Shown here piece after piece: positions 1-11,028 of a DNA stretch of 64,000 nt. Under the pieces are notes generated by a model that saw nothing but the letters and a program-made list of their open reading frames with translations, was not told where the DNA came from and did no database searches. Made by a program: the position numbers and the translations under genes. Each line of letters begins with the position of its first letter. Within the stretch, counting starts at the first letter, position 1. The DNA is from an uncultured Candidatus Saccharibacteria bacterium (GTDB lineage Bacteria > Patescibacteriota > Minisyncoccia > Minisyncoccales > UBA10102), in contig CAYZNF010000002.1 of the NCBI GenBank assembly GCA_964479725.1, positions 1,383 through 65,382 on the forward strand, given 5' to 3'.

Positions 1-1
1 G

Positions 2-364
2 CATAAGAGCAAGACTCCGGCGTTAAGTTTTGGTTTTAATACTAAAAAAAATCAACCCGTTGTATATCCAGCTCCTTTCAAGCGCGGCGTTTGCATCCAG
101 GTAAAAACCATTACCCCTAAAAAGCCCAACTCCGCTTTGCGTAAAGTTGCAAGGGTGCGATTGAGCAATGGCATGGAAACGACGGCGTACATACCAGGAG
201 AAGGCCATAATCTGCAAGAACACTCGGTAGTGGTAATCCGAGGGGGAAGAGTCAAAGACCTGCCTGGCGTGCGTTACCACATTGTCCGCGGAGTGCTTGA
301 CGCGTCGGGAGTGGAGGGTCGCAAGCAAGAGAGGTCAAAATACGGAGTTAAGAAAGCAAAGTAA
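2..364 (+). CDS. rpsL: 30S ribosomal protein S12 (5' partial, starts before window)
   Basis: Frame open from nt 2: ...[31 protein letters not shown]...[13 protein letters not shown]. Confidence 0.98.
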   Translation, partial: HKSKTPALSFGFNTKKNQPVVYPAPFKRGVCIQVKTITPKKPNSALRKVARVRLSNGMETTAYIPGEGHNLQEHSVVVIRGGRVKDLPGVRYHIVRGVLDASGVEGRKQERSKYGVKKAK

Positions 365-375
365 ACAATATAATT

Positions 376-843
376 ATGGGCAGAAGCGCGGTTAAAAAAT
401 TAGCAACACAGCCTGACGGTATTTACAATAAATTCGAGGTTGCCAAGCTAATTAACCAGATCATGAAGGAAGGCAGGAAAAATGCCGCTCGTAAGATAGT
501 GTACGGAGCTTTCGGCATCATCCAAAAGCAGACCAGCGAAGATCCCGTTGCTGTTTTTGAGCGTGCTCTGGAGAATGTCGGTCCTATGGTGGAAGTACGT
601 TCAAAGCGCGTGGGCGGAGCCACTTACCAGGTGCCAGTTGAAGTAAAAGCGGCTCGCCGGCTGGGTTTGTCTTTGCGATGGATCATTTCGGCGGCTGGAT
701 CGAAAAAAGGAAAGCCGATGCGGGAAAAATTGGCAGATGAAATTATTTTGGCAGCAAAGAAAGAAGGGAGCGCCGTTAAGAAAAAGGAGGACACTCACCG
801 CATGGCCGAGGCCAACCGTGCGTTTGCTCACTTTGCCTGGTAA
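376..843 (+). CDS. rpsG: 30S ribosomal protein S7
   Basis: [30 protein letters not shown]; str operon position. Confidence 0.98.
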   Translation: MGRSAVKKLATQPDGIYNKFEVAKLINQIMKEGRKNAARKIVYGAFGIIQKQTSEDPVAVFERALENVGPMVEVRSKRVGGATYQVPVEVKAARRLGLSLRWIISAAGSKKGKPMREKLADEIILAAKKEGSAVKKKEDTHRMAEANRAFAHFAW

Positions 844-851
844 TCTTTATT

Positions 852-2957
852 ATGCCTCGAATTTATCCCATCGAACGTCTTCGCGATATAGGCATTATTG
901 CCCACATTGACGCCGGAAAAACAACTACTTCCGAGCGGATTTTGTTTTATACGGGTATTTCCCACAAGATTGGAGAGGTGCACGAAGGGCAGGCAATCAT
1001 GGACTGGATGGAGCAGGAGCGAGAACGCGGGATTACCATTACTTCTGCCGCTACTACCTGTTTTTGGACACCATCCAGACTTCCAAAAGACGAGGAAAAC
1101 GAATATCGAATCAACCTTATTGATACTCCCGGGCATATTGATTTTACCGTGGAAGTGCAAAGATCTCTGCGCGTGCTAGACGGAGCTGTTGTTGTGTTCG
1201 ATGGAGTTGCCGGCGTTGAACCGCAATCGGAAACAGTTTGGCGCCAGGCAGATAAGTTTGGCGTGCCGCGTATTTGTTTTATAAATAAGATTGACCGCAC
1301 CGGAGCTTCTTTTGAAAAAGGATTGGAATCTATTTGGAATAAACTGACTCCTAATGCCGTTGCAATGCAATACCCATGGGGCCAGGAAGACCAATTCAAG
1401 GGGGTGGTGGATTTGCTGACAATGGAATTGGTGACTTTTGAAGGAGATTTCGGCCAGATCGTTAAACGGCAGGAAATTCCCCAGGAACTGCAGGCAAAGG
1501 CAAAAGAGTGGAGGGATAAGTTGGTAGAGAAGGTTGTTGCTGAAGATGAAGCGGCAATGAATACTTACCTTGAGGAAAAAGAGGTTTCTGTAGAGGAATT
1601 AAGGAAAATTCTGCGCAAAGCGTGTTTAGCCGGAAAGCTTGTTCCGGTATTTACCGGATCCGCTTTGAAAAATAAAGGAGTCCAGCTTGTTTTGGATGGG
1701 GTAGTGGATTATCTGCCCAGCCCGATTGATATTCCTCCGGTAACGGGGGTTGACCCGAAAAGCGGGGCTGAAATCCAGCGCAAAGCTTCGGATTCAGAGC
1801 CTTTTTCCGCTCTTGCGTTCAAAATTGCCTCCGATCCTTATGTAGGATCGCTGACATACTTTAGGATATATTCGGGAGCCGTTAAAAAAGGTTCATACGT
1901 TTTGAATGTTACTACGGGAGAAAGAGAGCGTATAAGCCGTTTGTTGCGCATGCACGCCGCCGAACGCGAAGAAGTGGACGAGCTGTACACGGGAGACATC
2001 GGGGCTACAGTCGGTTTGAAAAAAACCACAACCGGAAATACGCTTTGCGATGAGTCAGCTCCTATTATCCTTGAGCAAATTACATTCCCGGAGCCGGTTA
2101 TCTCTGTGCGTATTGAACCAAAGACTAAAGTTGACCAGGAAAAAATGAGTTTGGCGTTAAAACGTCTTACCGACGAAGACCCGACATTCCGCGTGAACTC
2201 CGACATTGAAACGGGGGAGACGATTATTTCCGGTATGGGAGAATTGCACCTGGAGATTATTGTAGACCGAATGAAGCGTGAATTTGGCGTAGAGGCAAAC
2301 GTCGGCCGCCCGCAGGTAGCTTACAAAGAAACAATCAAGCGGGAAGCTGAAGCTGAATCAAAATATGTGCGCCAGTCCGGCGGACGCGGACAGTACGGGC
2401 ACGTATATTTGCGTGTAAAGCCCCGAGAGCGAGGCGCCGGATTTGAATTTCTTGATGAAATCAAAGGGGGTGTTATTCCTCGGGAATATGTGCCGGCGGT
2501 GCAAAAAGGAGTGCAAGAGGCTTTAGATAAGGGAGTTCTGGCGGGGTATCCCGTCATTGATGTTCAGGCCACGGTTTTTGATGGTTCGTACCATGAAGTG
2601 GATTCGTCTGAATTTGCATTCAAAATTGCCGCTTCCATGGCTTTTCAGGATGCCGCAAGAAAGGCGGGTATTTATCTGCTGGAGCCGGTAATGCGCTTGG
2701 AGGTAACCGTACCTGCGGATTTCTTGGGTGACGTAATAGGAGATCTTTCGGCACGTCGAGGCAAGATCGAAGAAACCGAAGATCGTCTCAATATGAAAAT
2801 TATCCGCGCCAAGGTGCCTTTGTCTGAAATGTTCGGCTATGCGACAAATTTACGGTCGTTGACAGAAGGCCGCGGAACCTTTACAATGGAATTCGACGCT
2901 TACGAAGAAGTGCCTTCTAGTATTGCCCAGGAAATCGTTGAGGGAAAACGCAAATAA
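852..2957 (+). CDS. fusA: Elongation factor G
   Basis: [33 protein letters not shown]; 701 aa. Confidence 0.99.
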   Translation: MPRIYPIERLRDIGIIAHIDAGKTTTSERILFYTGISHKIGEVHEGQAIMDWMEQERERGITITSAATTCFWTPSRLPKDEENEYRINLIDTPGHIDFTVEVQRSLRVLDGAVVVFDGVAGVEPQSETVWRQADKFGVPRICFINKIDRTGASFEKGLESIWNKLTPNAVAMQYPWGQEDQFKGVVDLLTMELVTFEGDFGQIVKRQEIPQELQAKAKEWRDKLVEKVVAEDEAAMNTYLEEKEVSVEELRKILRKACLAGKLVPVFTGSALKNKGVQLVLDGVVDYLPSPIDIPPVTGVDPKSGAEIQRKASDSEPFSALAFKIASDPYVGSLTYFRIYSGAVKKGSYVLNVTTGERERISRLLRMHAAEREEVDELYTGDIGATVGLKKTTTGNTLCDESAPIILEQITFPEPVISVRIEPKTKVDQEKMSLALKRLTDEDPTFRVNSDIETGETIISGMGELHLEIIVDRMKREFGVEANVGRPQVAYKETIKREAEAESKYVRQSGGRGQYGHVYLRVKPRERGAGFEFLDEIKGGVIPREYVPAVQKGVQEALDKGVLAGYPVIDVQATVFDGSYHEVDSSEFAFKIAASMAFQDAARKAGIYLLEPVMRLEVTVPADFLGDVIGDLSARRGKIEETEDRLNMKIIRAKVPLSEMFGYATNLRSLTEGRGTFTMEFDAYEEVPSSIAQEIVEGKRK

Positions 2958-2969
2958 ACCTTACCCGCT

Positions 2970-3200
2970 ATGGATATCAACGAAATCAAACAATTGATTC
3001 AGAAGGATGGGGGCAAGTTCATTGTAATAGAGAATGATATTCCGTTGCTGGTAATTATGTCATTCGATGAATATAAGAAAAAAATCAACATGGTTGCCCA
3101 GCAGTCAAATCCGCAATACCCTGCAACTTCTCCGCCTGGGAACGTTACTGAGAGGCCGAGGAGAACAGAAGAGTTGACAATCGACGATCTTCCCTTGTAG
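2970..3200 (+). CDS. Small hypothetical protein (Phd/YefM-like N-terminus, acidic DDLPL tail)
   Basis: 76-aa ORF fills the fusA-tuf gap; FIVIENDIPLLVIMSFDEY resembles the Phd fold pattern (inference). Confidence 0.7.
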   Translation: MDINEIKQLIQKDGGKFIVIENDIPLLVIMSFDEYKKKINMVAQQSNPQYPATSPPGNVTERPRRTEELTIDDLPL

Positions 3201-3240
3201 TTTAATAAATAATAGTCATACAAAATAAATTTTACGATAT

Positions 3241-4434
3241 ATGGCAGGAAAATTTGAACGAACGAAGCCTCATGTCAACGTTGGTACAATTGGCCACGTA
3301 GACCACGGCAAAACAACTCTTTCCGCCGCCATCCTTCATGTTTTGAAACTGAAAGGAATGGCAGTGACGGAAAAAACTATTGACCAGATTGACGCGGCCC
3401 CCGAGGAAAAGGCGCGCGGAATTACCATTTCGCTTGCTCATTTGGAGTACGAAACCGAAAAAAGGCACTATGCCCACATTGATGCTCCCGGGCACGCTGA
3501 CTATATTAAAAACATGATTACGGGTGCTGCCCAAATGGACGGCGCCATCTTGGTTGTATCCGCTCCAGACGGTCCAATGCCCCAAACAAGGGAGCATATC
3601 CTTTTGGCGCGCCAAGTAGGACTTCCTTCTATTGTTGTATTTTTGAACAAGTGCGATATGGTGGATGAGCCTGAAATGATCGACTTGGTTGAGTCGGAGG
3701 TTCGTGAATTGCTGAAGAAATACAATTATCCGGGAGATCAAACACCGGTCATCCGAGGATCTGCTTTGAAGGCCCTGGAAGCTACTTCGGCTGATGATCC
3801 TGCTGTAAAGCAAGTCTTGGATCTTATGAACGCTGTGGATGAATTTATCCCGCAGCCAGAGCGCCCGGTTGATCAGCCGTTCTTGATGTCTATTGAAGAC
3901 GTATTTACGATTGAAGGCCGCGGCACCGTGGTAACTGGAAGAGTTGAGCGCGGAATAATCAAGCAGAATGATGACGGAGAGCTTGTGGGAATCAGACCCA
4001 CCCAAAAGGTGGTTATAGTGAGCGCGGAAATGTTCAACAAGACTCTTGATGAAGCTCGCGCAGGAGAAAACGTAGGAGTATTGCTGCGCGGGTTAAAGAA
4101 AGAAGACGTTGAGCGCGGACAGGTTTTGGCAAAGCCAGGAACCGTTACTCCGCATACCGAATTCCAGACAGAAGTGTATATTCTTACCAAAGAAGAAGGC
4201 GGACGCCATACTCCTTTCTTTAGCGGGTATAAACCCCAGTTTTACTTCCGAACCACTGACGTAACAGGCGAGGTTACTTTACCCGAAGGCACAGAAATGG
4301 TTATGCCGGGCGATACGATTAGCGTAAAGGTGAAATTGCATGTGCCGGTAGCCATGGAAGAGCAGCAGCGCTTTGCCATACGCGAAGGAGGAAAGACGGT
4401 GGGAGCAGGAGTGGTAACCAAAATTATTCAATAA
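3241..4434 (+). CDS. tuf: Elongation factor Tu
   Basis: [44 protein letters not shown]. Confidence 0.99.
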   Translation: MAGKFERTKPHVNVGTIGHVDHGKTTLSAAILHVLKLKGMAVTEKTIDQIDAAPEEKARGITISLAHLEYETEKRHYAHIDAPGHADYIKNMITGAAQMDGAILVVSAPDGPMPQTREHILLARQVGLPSIVVFLNKCDMVDEPEMIDLVESEVRELLKKYNYPGDQTPVIRGSALKALEATSADDPAVKQVLDLMNAVDEFIPQPERPVDQPFLMSIEDVFTIEGRGTVVTGRVERGIIKQNDDGELVGIRPTQKVVIVSAEMFNKTLDEARAGENVGVLLRGLKKEDVERGQVLAKPGTVTPHTEFQTEVYILTKEEGGRHTPFFSGYKPQFYFRTTDVTGEVTLPEGTEMVMPGDTISVKVKLHVPVAMEEQQRFAIREGGKTVGAGVVTKIIQ

Positions 4435-4448
4435 AAAGAGAGGAACGA

Positions 4449-4769
4449 ATGGACGCAGCATTATCGCAACAAAAAGTGAGGATCAAGATTTCGGCCTATG
4501 ACCACAAGGTGATTGATTCGAGTGCGCGGCAAATCATTGACGCGGTCATTCGGCAGGGATGTGAAGCGATAGGGCCAATTCCTTTGCCTACGGCTATTCG
4601 GAAATATACGGTTAATCGCTCTTCATTTGTGCATAAGGATGCACGGGAGCAGTTTGAGATGCGTACGCACAAGCGCGTTATTGACATCATGAATCCCACC
4701 CCAAAAGTTATTGAGGCGTTATCCAGTTTGAATTTGCCGGCGGGTGTGGATATTGAGATTAAGATGTAG
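4449..4769 (+). CDS. rpsJ: 30S ribosomal protein S10
   Basis: GPIPLPT, REQFEMRTHKR, LPAGVDIEIK. Confidence 0.98.
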   Translation: MDAALSQQKVRIKISAYDHKVIDSSARQIIDAVIRQGCEAIGPIPLPTAIRKYTVNRSSFVHKDAREQFEMRTHKRVIDIMNPTPKVIEALSSLNLPAGVDIEIKM

Positions 4770-4795
4770 AGTATAAGCAAGGTTGGGCAAAGAGG

Positions 4796-4824
4796 TTGAC
4801 GCGGGAGTACTTTTGGTTTACAAT
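4796..4824 (+). promoter_or_regulatory. Sigma70-type promoter upstream of rplC
   Basis: TTGACG-N17-TACAAT. Confidence 0.65.
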
Positions 4825-4849
4825 TAAGACACACAAAAAGGCATCGGCA

Positions 4850-4880
4850 GGAGACCGAGCTCGGCTCGGTTTTCGTTTGT
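4850..4880 (+). terminator. Hairpin with U-rich tail in the rplC leader (possible attenuator or rpsJ terminator)
   Basis: ACCGAGC-TCG-GCTCGGT followed by TTTCGTTTGT. Confidence 0.5.
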
Positions 4881-4898
4881 AAAGGGCTAAAATCTTTT

Positions 4899-5504
4899 AT
4901 GAAAGCAGTTTTGGGCAGAAAAATTGGAATGACCCAGATTTTCCAAGAAGCGGATGGAAAGGTGGTACCGGTAACCCTCATTGAAGCAGGGCCTTGTAAA
5001 GTTTTGCAGGTGAAAACCCTTGAAAAAGACGGCTATCAGGCAGTCCAGCTTGGATTTGAGTCCATTACTAAAGAAAACAAGAAACAAAAATCTGCCAACG
5101 GAAAAGAATTTAAGGTCTTGGGGGAATTTAGGTCCGAGGGATCACAAGTTCTTCCAAACCCCCAGGATTCTGTTGATGTAACGGTTTTTGCGGAAGGAGA
5201 TAAGGTGCGCGTTTCCGGCATTTCCAAGGGAAAGGGTTTCCAGGGGGGCGTAAAGCGGCATGGTTTTTCGGGCAGGAATGCCACTCATGGCGTAAAACAC
5301 GAGCAGCGCACAATCGGTTCTACCGGAAGCCGTTTTCCCCAGCACGTGGTGAAGGGGCGAAGGATGCCTGGCCGTATGGGAGCGGAGCGTATTACTATGA
5401 AAGGTTTGAAGGTGGTAAAAGTGGACGCGGAACATAATATCCTTGCGTTGAAGGGCGCTGTGCCCGGGAATAACGGAATAATTCTTGAAATCCAAGGAAT
5501 GTAA
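4899..5504 (+). CDS. rplC: 50S ribosomal protein L3
   Basis: GRKIGMTQIF, SKGKGFQGGVKRHGF, MPGRMG. Confidence 0.98.
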   Translation: MKAVLGRKIGMTQIFQEADGKVVPVTLIEAGPCKVLQVKTLEKDGYQAVQLGFESITKENKKQKSANGKEFKVLGEFRSEGSQVLPNPQDSVDVTVFAEGDKVRVSGISKGKGFQGGVKRHGFSGRNATHGVKHEQRTIGSTGSRFPQHVVKGRRMPGRMGAERITMKGLKVVKVDAEHNILALKGAVPGNNGIILEIQGM

Positions 5505-5510
5505 TCAACT

Positions 5511-6152
5511 ATGAAGCTTCCCGTATATACAACCGAAGGAGCAAAAAAAGAGGAGCTGGAAGTTTCAGAGACTGTGTTTAATGTTCCCTTGAACCATGAT
5601 TTGGTGCACCAAGCTGTAACCTATTACCGTTCGAACGCAAGGCAGGTTTCGGCGCACACCAAAACGCGAGGAGAAGTTGCCGGCGGAGGAAAAAAACCTT
5701 GGGCCCAAAAGCATACAGGACGCGCTCGCCATGGTTCGATTCGTTCTCCTTTGTGGATTGGGGGAGGTGTTACATTCGGGCCTCGAAATGAGCGGGTTTT
5801 CGCTAAAGACATCAACAAAAAAATGCGCAGAAAAGCTCTGGCGGCGGCGCTTTCCCAAAAAGCCAAAGAAAATTTGGTTATTGTTACCGAAGATTTTAAC
5901 CTGGGAGCGGCAAAGACCAAGGAGTTAAAGAAAATCATGGAAAAACTCCCATGCGAGTCAAAGAGCAGTTTAGTCGCGCTTCCTGCTATGGACAAGGCGG
6001 TAATTGCGGCTGGGAGGAATCTGGAGAACGTGCAGACCATACAGGCTCGCGACCTGAACGCCCTGGAAGTCTTATCTTTTAAATATTTGATTTTGCCAAA
6101 AACAGCGGTAAAAGTTTTGGAAGAAATGTTCGTGAAAAGCAAGAAATCTTAA
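5511..6152 (+). CDS. rplD: 50S ribosomal protein L4
   Basis: TKTRGEVAGGGKKPWAQKHTGRARHGSIRSPLWIGGG. Confidence 0.98.
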   Translation: MKLPVYTTEGAKKEELEVSETVFNVPLNHDLVHQAVTYYRSNARQVSAHTKTRGEVAGGGKKPWAQKHTGRARHGSIRSPLWIGGGVTFGPRNERVFAKDINKKMRRKALAAALSQKAKENLVIVTEDFNLGAAKTKELKKIMEKLPCESKSSLVALPAMDKAVIAAGRNLENVQTIQARDLNALEVLSFKYLILPKTAVKVLEEMFVKSKKS

Positions 6153-6161
6153 ATCCGGCGT

Positions 6162-6530
6162 ATGGCAACAATAAGAAAAATTTTCAAAAAAAAACCGGCC
6201 GAGCCAAAGAAAAAAACCGCGGCTAAAAAGGAGGCAAGCGAAAAGAATTCAATTTCATTTAGTGTGCTTTCGCGGCCTCACATCACCGAAAAAGCGGTAG
6301 CGTTAAGCCATTCCAACCAATACGTATTTGAAGTAGCGGACAATGCTACAAAAGGATCGGTCTGTCAGGCAGTAGAAAGCCTCTACTCTGTGAATGTGCT
6401 GGGCGTGAGAATAATCAATGTGCATCCTCGCAAAGCCCGGCTTGGACGGATTCTAGGAATGAAAAAGGGGTATAAAAAAGCCATTGTCACTTTGAAGCAA
6501 GGGCAAAAACTGGAATTATTGCCCACATAA
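6162..6530 (+). CDS. rplW: 50S ribosomal protein L23 (Lys-rich N-terminal extension)
   Basis: PHITEKA, YVFEV, YKKAIVTLK. Confidence 0.96.
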   Translation: MATIRKIFKKKPAEPKKKTAAKKEASEKNSISFSVLSRPHITEKAVALSHSNQYVFEVADNATKGSVCQAVESLYSVNVLGVRIINVHPRKARLGRILGMKKGYKKAIVTLKQGQKLELLPT

Positions 6531-6539
6531 TAACTGTAT

Positions 6540-7319
6540 ATGGCAACACAGCTTTCAAAAAAAGAACCGGAAAAAAATTTGCTGCTATGGATAAAGAAAA
6601 CCGGAGGGAGAAATTCAACCGGCAAGATAACCGTAAGGCATCGCGGAGGAGGGTACAGGAAAATGTACCGTATGGTTGAATTTGGGCAGGAACACAAAGG
6701 AATTCCCGGAACGGTTGCCGCCCTTGAGTATGATCCAAACAGGACTTCTCATATTGCTTTGGTTGACTATAAAAACGGCACCAAAGCTTATATTTTAGCG
6801 CCGGAAGGACTAAAAGCAGGGGAGGAAATCTTGTGCGACGATAAGACGGAAATAAAAATCGGCAATCGCTTGATGTTAAAGCATGTTTCGGTCGGAACTG
6901 TGGTGCACAACGTAGAATTGGAGGCTGGACGCGGAGGGAAAATTGTCCGCGGGGCCGGGGCCGGGGCGACAGTATTGGCCCAAGAGGGGAATTATACCCA
7001 CCTTCAGCTTCCTTCGAGTGAGATCCGAAAAGTTTTTGATGTTTGCTTTGCCACTATCGGAGCAGTATCTAATCCCGAACATATGTATAAGCGCGTTCGT
7101 AACGCCGGAAGAATGCGGCTTATGGGTTGGAGGCCCACTGTCCGTGGTACTGTCATGAACCCGGTAGATCATCCCCATGGAGGAGGCGAAGGAAGGCAGG
7201 GAATTGGCTTGGTTCATCCTAAAACTCCTTGGGGCAAACCGGCTCTTGGAGTAAAGACCCGCGGCAAGAAATGGAGCGATAAATATATTCTTGAGAGAAG
7301 AAAGAAAAAGAAAAAATAG
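6540..7319 (+). CDS. rplB: 50S ribosomal protein L2
   Basis: GRNSTGKITVRHRGGG, EYDPNR, MNPVDHPHGGGEG. Confidence 0.98.
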   Translation: MATQLSKKEPEKNLLLWIKKTGGRNSTGKITVRHRGGGYRKMYRMVEFGQEHKGIPGTVAALEYDPNRTSHIALVDYKNGTKAYILAPEGLKAGEEILCDDKTEIKIGNRLMLKHVSVGTVVHNVELEAGRGGKIVRGAGAGATVLAQEGNYTHLQLPSSEIRKVFDVCFATIGAVSNPEHMYKRVRNAGRMRLMGWRPTVRGTVMNPVDHPHGGGEGRQGIGLVHPKTPWGKPALGVKTRGKKWSDKYILERRKKKKK

Positions 7320-7339
7320 GGATTCGAAGCATTAACTGT

Positions 7340-7681
7340 ATGGCACGATCACTGAAAAAAGGCCCATATATTGACGAGAGATTGGCTGGAAAGATAAAAA
7401 AGCTTCGCCCTGGCGAAAACGCGGTTATTAAAACTTGGGCGCGGAACGCGACCATCACTCCGGAAATGGTGAGCTTTACTTTTGGGGTTCACAACGGGAA
7501 AGATTTTATTTCGGTTTTGATTGCGGAAGATATGGTCGGCCATAAGCTCGGAGAATTTTCTCCGACCACTAAGTTTTCCCGCCATGGAGGAAAAATGCAG
7601 AAAGAAATAGAACTTGGCAAAAAAACGGCTGAAAGTACACCAGCTCCAGCAGCTGCGGCGCCAGCAGTAAAAAAGAAGTAA
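7340..7681 (+). CDS. rpsS: 30S ribosomal protein S19
   Basis: MARSLKKGPY, MVGHKLGEFSPT. Confidence 0.98.
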   Translation: MARSLKKGPYIDERLAGKIKKLRPGENAVIKTWARNATITPEMVSFTFGVHNGKDFISVLIAEDMVGHKLGEFSPTTKFSRHGGKMQKEIELGKKTAESTPAPAAAAPAVKKK

Positions 7682-7684
7682 TGT

Positions 7685-8215
7685 ATGAAAGCAACAGCTA
7701 AACTTCGATATTTAAGGATAGCTCCCCGGAAAGTCCGCCATGTGGCAGATATTATTCGAGGAAAACAAGTTCCGCAAGCGGAGACCCTGTTGAGATTTGC
7801 CGTTCGCAAAGCTGCAGATCCCATACTGAAAACATTGCGATCTGCGGTGGCTTCGGCTCGAGTGAACCATGGCATAGATGAGACGAATTTATATATTTCA
7901 AAGATTACCGTTGACGAAGGGCCAAAGCTAAAGAGAATTGAGCCTCGAGCGAGGGGAGCTGCCTATCCTATACAGAAAAAGAGTTCTCATATCACAATCG
8001 AGCTCGAAGAAGTCATTCCTGGAAAGGGAGCGGCAATTAAAATGGAACCAGTAATCAAGGAAAAAGCTGAAACGCAGGAGACCGAAGCAAAATCAGGCGC
8101 ACAGGAAAATGACGAAAAGCGCGAATATTCCCCACGGCGCGGCGCCGCAAAACAACGCCAATCCGCTAAGAAAGGGCGAGGCATACAAAAAATATTTAGA
8201 AGAAAGGCTGTCTAA
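7685..8215 (+). CDS. rplV: 50S ribosomal protein L22 (long C-terminal extension)
   Basis: IAPRKVR, VDEGPKLKR, PRARG, SHITI. Confidence 0.97.
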   Translation: MKATAKLRYLRIAPRKVRHVADIIRGKQVPQAETLLRFAVRKAADPILKTLRSAVASARVNHGIDETNLYISKITVDEGPKLKRIEPRARGAAYPIQKKSSHITIELEEVIPGKGAAIKMEPVIKEKAETQETEAKSGAQENDEKREYSPRRGAAKQRQSAKKGRGIQKIFRRKAV

Positions 8216-8224
8216 CCCATTGCT

Positions 8225-8875
8225 ATGGCTCATAAAGTACATCCAAAAGGTTTCAGGCTGCGCTATACCGAAGACTGGAGTTCGCGTTGGATAGACAAGC
8301 GCAACTACGTCAAGACGCTTCGCGAAGATTTTCTCATACGCAATTATTTGGAAAAGAAGCTGAAAGACAGTTCTGTTGAACAGATTGAAATTGAGCGATT
8401 TTCCGGCCGCCTTACTATTATTATCAGTTCGGCGCGCCCAGGCTTGATTATCGGTCGCGGGGGAGCGGGTGTGGAAGAGTTGCGCAAGGGCATAGCTAAA
8501 ATCTTGGTTTCCCAAAACAAAGAAAAAAAACCGGAGGTTCGTTTGGAAATCCGCGAGGTAAAGAATCCTTGGGAATCTGCGGCTCTTACGGCGCAGTGGG
8601 TTGGCCAGCAATTGGAAAAGCGTATGCCTCATCGCCGAGTTATTAAGCAAACCATTGCGAAGGTAATGGCAAATAAGGGTATCAAGGGTATCAAGATAAT
8701 CGCTTCTGGCAGGCTTGGGGGCGCCGAGATTGCACGCACAGAAGGAGGAAAGGAAGGAAGGCTTCCTCTCCAAACGTTAAGATCCAATATTGATTTTGCG
8801 ATTCATGAAGCCCAAACCACCTACGGAACCATTGGCATAAAAGTATGGCTGTATAAGGGAGAGAAATTTGAATAG
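8225..8875 (+). CDS. rpsC: 30S ribosomal protein S3
   Basis: HKVHPKGFRL, RPGLIIGRGG, GRLGGAEIAR. Confidence 0.98.
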   Translation: MAHKVHPKGFRLRYTEDWSSRWIDKRNYVKTLREDFLIRNYLEKKLKDSSVEQIEIERFSGRLTIIISSARPGLIIGRGGAGVEELRKGIAKILVSQNKEKKPEVRLEIREVKNPWESAALTAQWVGQQLEKRMPHRRVIKQTIAKVMANKGIKGIKIIASGRLGGAEIARTEGGKEGRLPLQTLRSNIDFAIHEAQTTYGTIGIKVWLYKGEKFE

Positions 8876-8886
8876 TATTAACGCAT

Positions 8887-9294
8887 ATGCTTCAGCCCAA
8901 AAAAGTAAAACATCGAAAATGGATGAAGGGACGCTCCCAAGCAGTTATGGAAACGAGGGGAACGGAACTTGCCTTTGGAAGTTACGGATTAAAGGCAACA
9001 GGAACAAAATGGATTCCATCCAAGCAACTTGAGGCTGGGCGAAGAGCGATTATCCGCTACTTAAAAAAAGGAGGAAAGACATGGGTGAGAGTATTTCCCG
9101 ACAAACCTGTTACCCAAAAAGGCGCGGAAGTGCCTATGGGCGGCGGCAAGGGCGCCCCAGACCATTATGTGGTCGCCGTAAAGCCGGGCAGAATTATTTT
9201 TGAAGTGGAAGGCATTAAAGAAGATATGGCGAGGGAAGCCCTGGCAAAAGCGGGAACAAAGTTGGCAGTAAGGACAAAATTTGTTAAAAGATAA
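8887..9294 (+). CDS. rplP: 50S ribosomal protein L16
   Basis: MLQPKKVKHRK, RVFPDKP, MGGGKG. Confidence 0.98.
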   Translation: MLQPKKVKHRKWMKGRSQAVMETRGTELAFGSYGLKATGTKWIPSKQLEAGRRAIIRYLKKGGKTWVRVFPDKPVTQKGAEVPMGGGKGAPDHYVVAVKPGRIIFEVEGIKEDMAREALAKAGTKLAVRTKFVKR

Positions 9295-9305
9295 CAGGGC
9301 TTCTT

Positions 9306-9518
9306 ATGGATAAGACAAAAACGACAAAACCGGCAGAAGTAAAAAGCATGTCCGAAGCGGAGCTCCAAAAAGAGCTTGCTGAAAAACGGAATAAGCTACG
9401 CGATTTGCGATTTGACTTGGCTTCGGGAAAAGTGAAGAATGTCCGTGAGATACGGGAAATCAAGCATCGTATTGCTCAAATACTTACTAGCCTGCAGCAG
9501 ATAAAATCCAACCAATAG
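9306..9518 (+). CDS. rpmC: 50S ribosomal protein L29
   Basis: LRF..ASGKVKN...[13 protein letters not shown]; operon position. Confidence 0.95.
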   Translation: MDKTKTTKPAEVKSMSEAELQKELAEKRNKLRDLRFDLASGKVKNVREIREIKHRIAQILTSLQQIKSNQ

Positions 9519-9519
9519 T

Positions 9520-9753
9520 ATGCCAAAAAAAACACTGACAGGAATTATAGTTTCCAATAAGATGCAAAAGACGGTTGTCGTGGAAGTGGAGCGTTGGACG
9601 GTTCATCCTAAATATAGGCGTCGTATGAAGATCCATAAGCGATATAAAGCTCACGATGAAAAAAACGAATTTAATCCCGGAGATAAAGTGGAGATAGAAG
9701 AGACGCGGCCAATCTCCAAAGATAAGCGATGGAGGGTAATTAAGAAGATTTAG
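9520..9753 (+). CDS. rpsQ: 30S ribosomal protein S17
   Basis: [23 protein letters not shown]. Confidence 0.98.
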   Translation: MPKKTLTGIIVSNKMQKTVVVEVERWTVHPKYRRRMKIHKRYKAHDEKNEFNPGDKVEIEETRPISKDKRWRVIKKI

Positions 9754-9761
9754 CGCTTCCC

Positions 9762-10130
9762 ATGATCCAACCAAGAACAATGCTAATAGTGGCAGACAAT
9801 ACAGGAGCAAAGGTTATCCAATGCTTCCATGTATTGGGTGGTACCCGAAAGCGTTACGCGCAAATCGGAGATATTATTGTAGCCGCAGTAAAAGATGCCG
9901 AACCGCGCCGTTTAGTCAAAAAGCACGAGGTGGTGAAAGCGGTTGTTGTCCGGCAAAAACGCGCGTTTAGGCGCGCGGATGGTTCATATATCCGATTTGA
10001 TGAGAATGCCGCTGTTATTTTGGAAAAAGATCAGGAACCCAAGGGAGGGCGTATTTTTGGCCCGATTCCCAGGGAAATACGGGATAAGGGATACGCGAAA
10101 ATTGCAGCTTTGGCTCCTGAAATAGTTTAA
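9762..10130 (+). CDS. rplN: 50S ribosomal protein L14
   Basis: [27 protein letters not shown]. Confidence 0.98.
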   Translation: MIQPRTMLIVADNTGAKVIQCFHVLGGTRKRYAQIGDIIVAAVKDAEPRRLVKKHEVVKAVVVRQKRAFRRADGSYIRFDENAAVILEKDQEPKGGRIFGPIPREIRDKGYAKIAALAPEIV

Positions 10131-10136
10131 TATGAT

Positions 10137-10442
10137 ATGAAAATCAAAACAGGCGATACGGTATTAATAATAGCCGGGAAGGATAAGGGACGGAAAGGAA
10201 AGGTTCTTCGGGCACTGCCGCAGAAGGGGCGTATTTTGGTTGAAGGCATCAACATCCACAAAAAGCACGCAAAGCCGCGCCGAGGAGGCCAAAAAGGGCA
10301 AATTATGGAAATTCCCGCTTCTATTGCTGTTTCATCGGCAAAAATTGTGTGCGCTAAATGCGGAAAAGCGGCGCGTGTGGGATATAAGCTGGAAGGACCA
10401 AAAAAATATCGGGTCTGCAAAGAATGCAATAGCGAGCTATAA
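10137..10442 (+). CDS. rplX: 50S ribosomal protein L24
   Basis: KOW motif GDTVLIIAGKDKG; C-terminal CxxC...CxxC. Confidence 0.97.
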   Translation: MKIKTGDTVLIIAGKDKGRKGKVLRALPQKGRILVEGINIHKKHAKPRRGGQKGQIMEIPASIAVSSAKIVCAKCGKAARVGYKLEGPKKYRVCKECNSEL

Positions 10443-10447
10443 CAATT

Positions 10448-11002
10448 ATGGAGAAGCTTCAAGACAAATACAAAAAAGAGGTCACGAAGGGTTTGATGGA
10501 AAAATTCAGTTATCCTGGGACAATGGCTGTGCCTCGTATGACAAAAGTGGTGCTCAATACCGGCATTGGCCGTCTTGTTGCCGGAAAAACCGGGGATGAC
10601 CAGAAGAAAGCAATCGAGGGAGTTCTCGAAGATATGACTGTGATTGCGGGGCAGAGAGCCGCTTTGGCTGCCGCGAAAAAGTCAATTGCTGGTTTTAAGC
10701 TTCGGCAGGGCATGCCCGTCGGGGTAAGAGTAACGCTTCGCGGCAAGAGGATGTACGGTTTTCTTGATAATTTGATACATGTCGTACTTCCTCGCTCCCG
10801 TGATTTCCGCGGATTGGAAGCTTCTTCCGTTGACAAACAAGGCAATCTTACTATAGGAATAAAGGAGCACGTTTTTTTTCCTGAAATTTCCCCCGATAAA
10901 GTCAGGAACCCGATAGGACTGCAAATCACCGTTTCAACAACTGCTAAAACTTACCAAGAAGGCTTGGAGCTGTTCCGCCGCCTCGGTTTCCCTATTAAAT
11001 AA
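10448..11002 (+). CDS. rplE: 50S ribosomal protein L5
   Basis: KKSIAGFKLRQG, VTLRG, LPRSRDFRG. Confidence 0.98.
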   Translation: MEKLQDKYKKEVTKGLMEKFSYPGTMAVPRMTKVVLNTGIGRLVAGKTGDDQKKAIEGVLEDMTVIAGQRAALAAAKKSIAGFKLRQGMPVGVRVTLRGKRMYGFLDNLIHVVLPRSRDFRGLEASSVDKQGNLTIGIKEHVFFPEISPDKVRNPIGLQITVSTTAKTYQEGLELFRRLGFPIK

Positions 11003-11028
11003 TGTCAAAGTAGTTTATACTGTATTTT

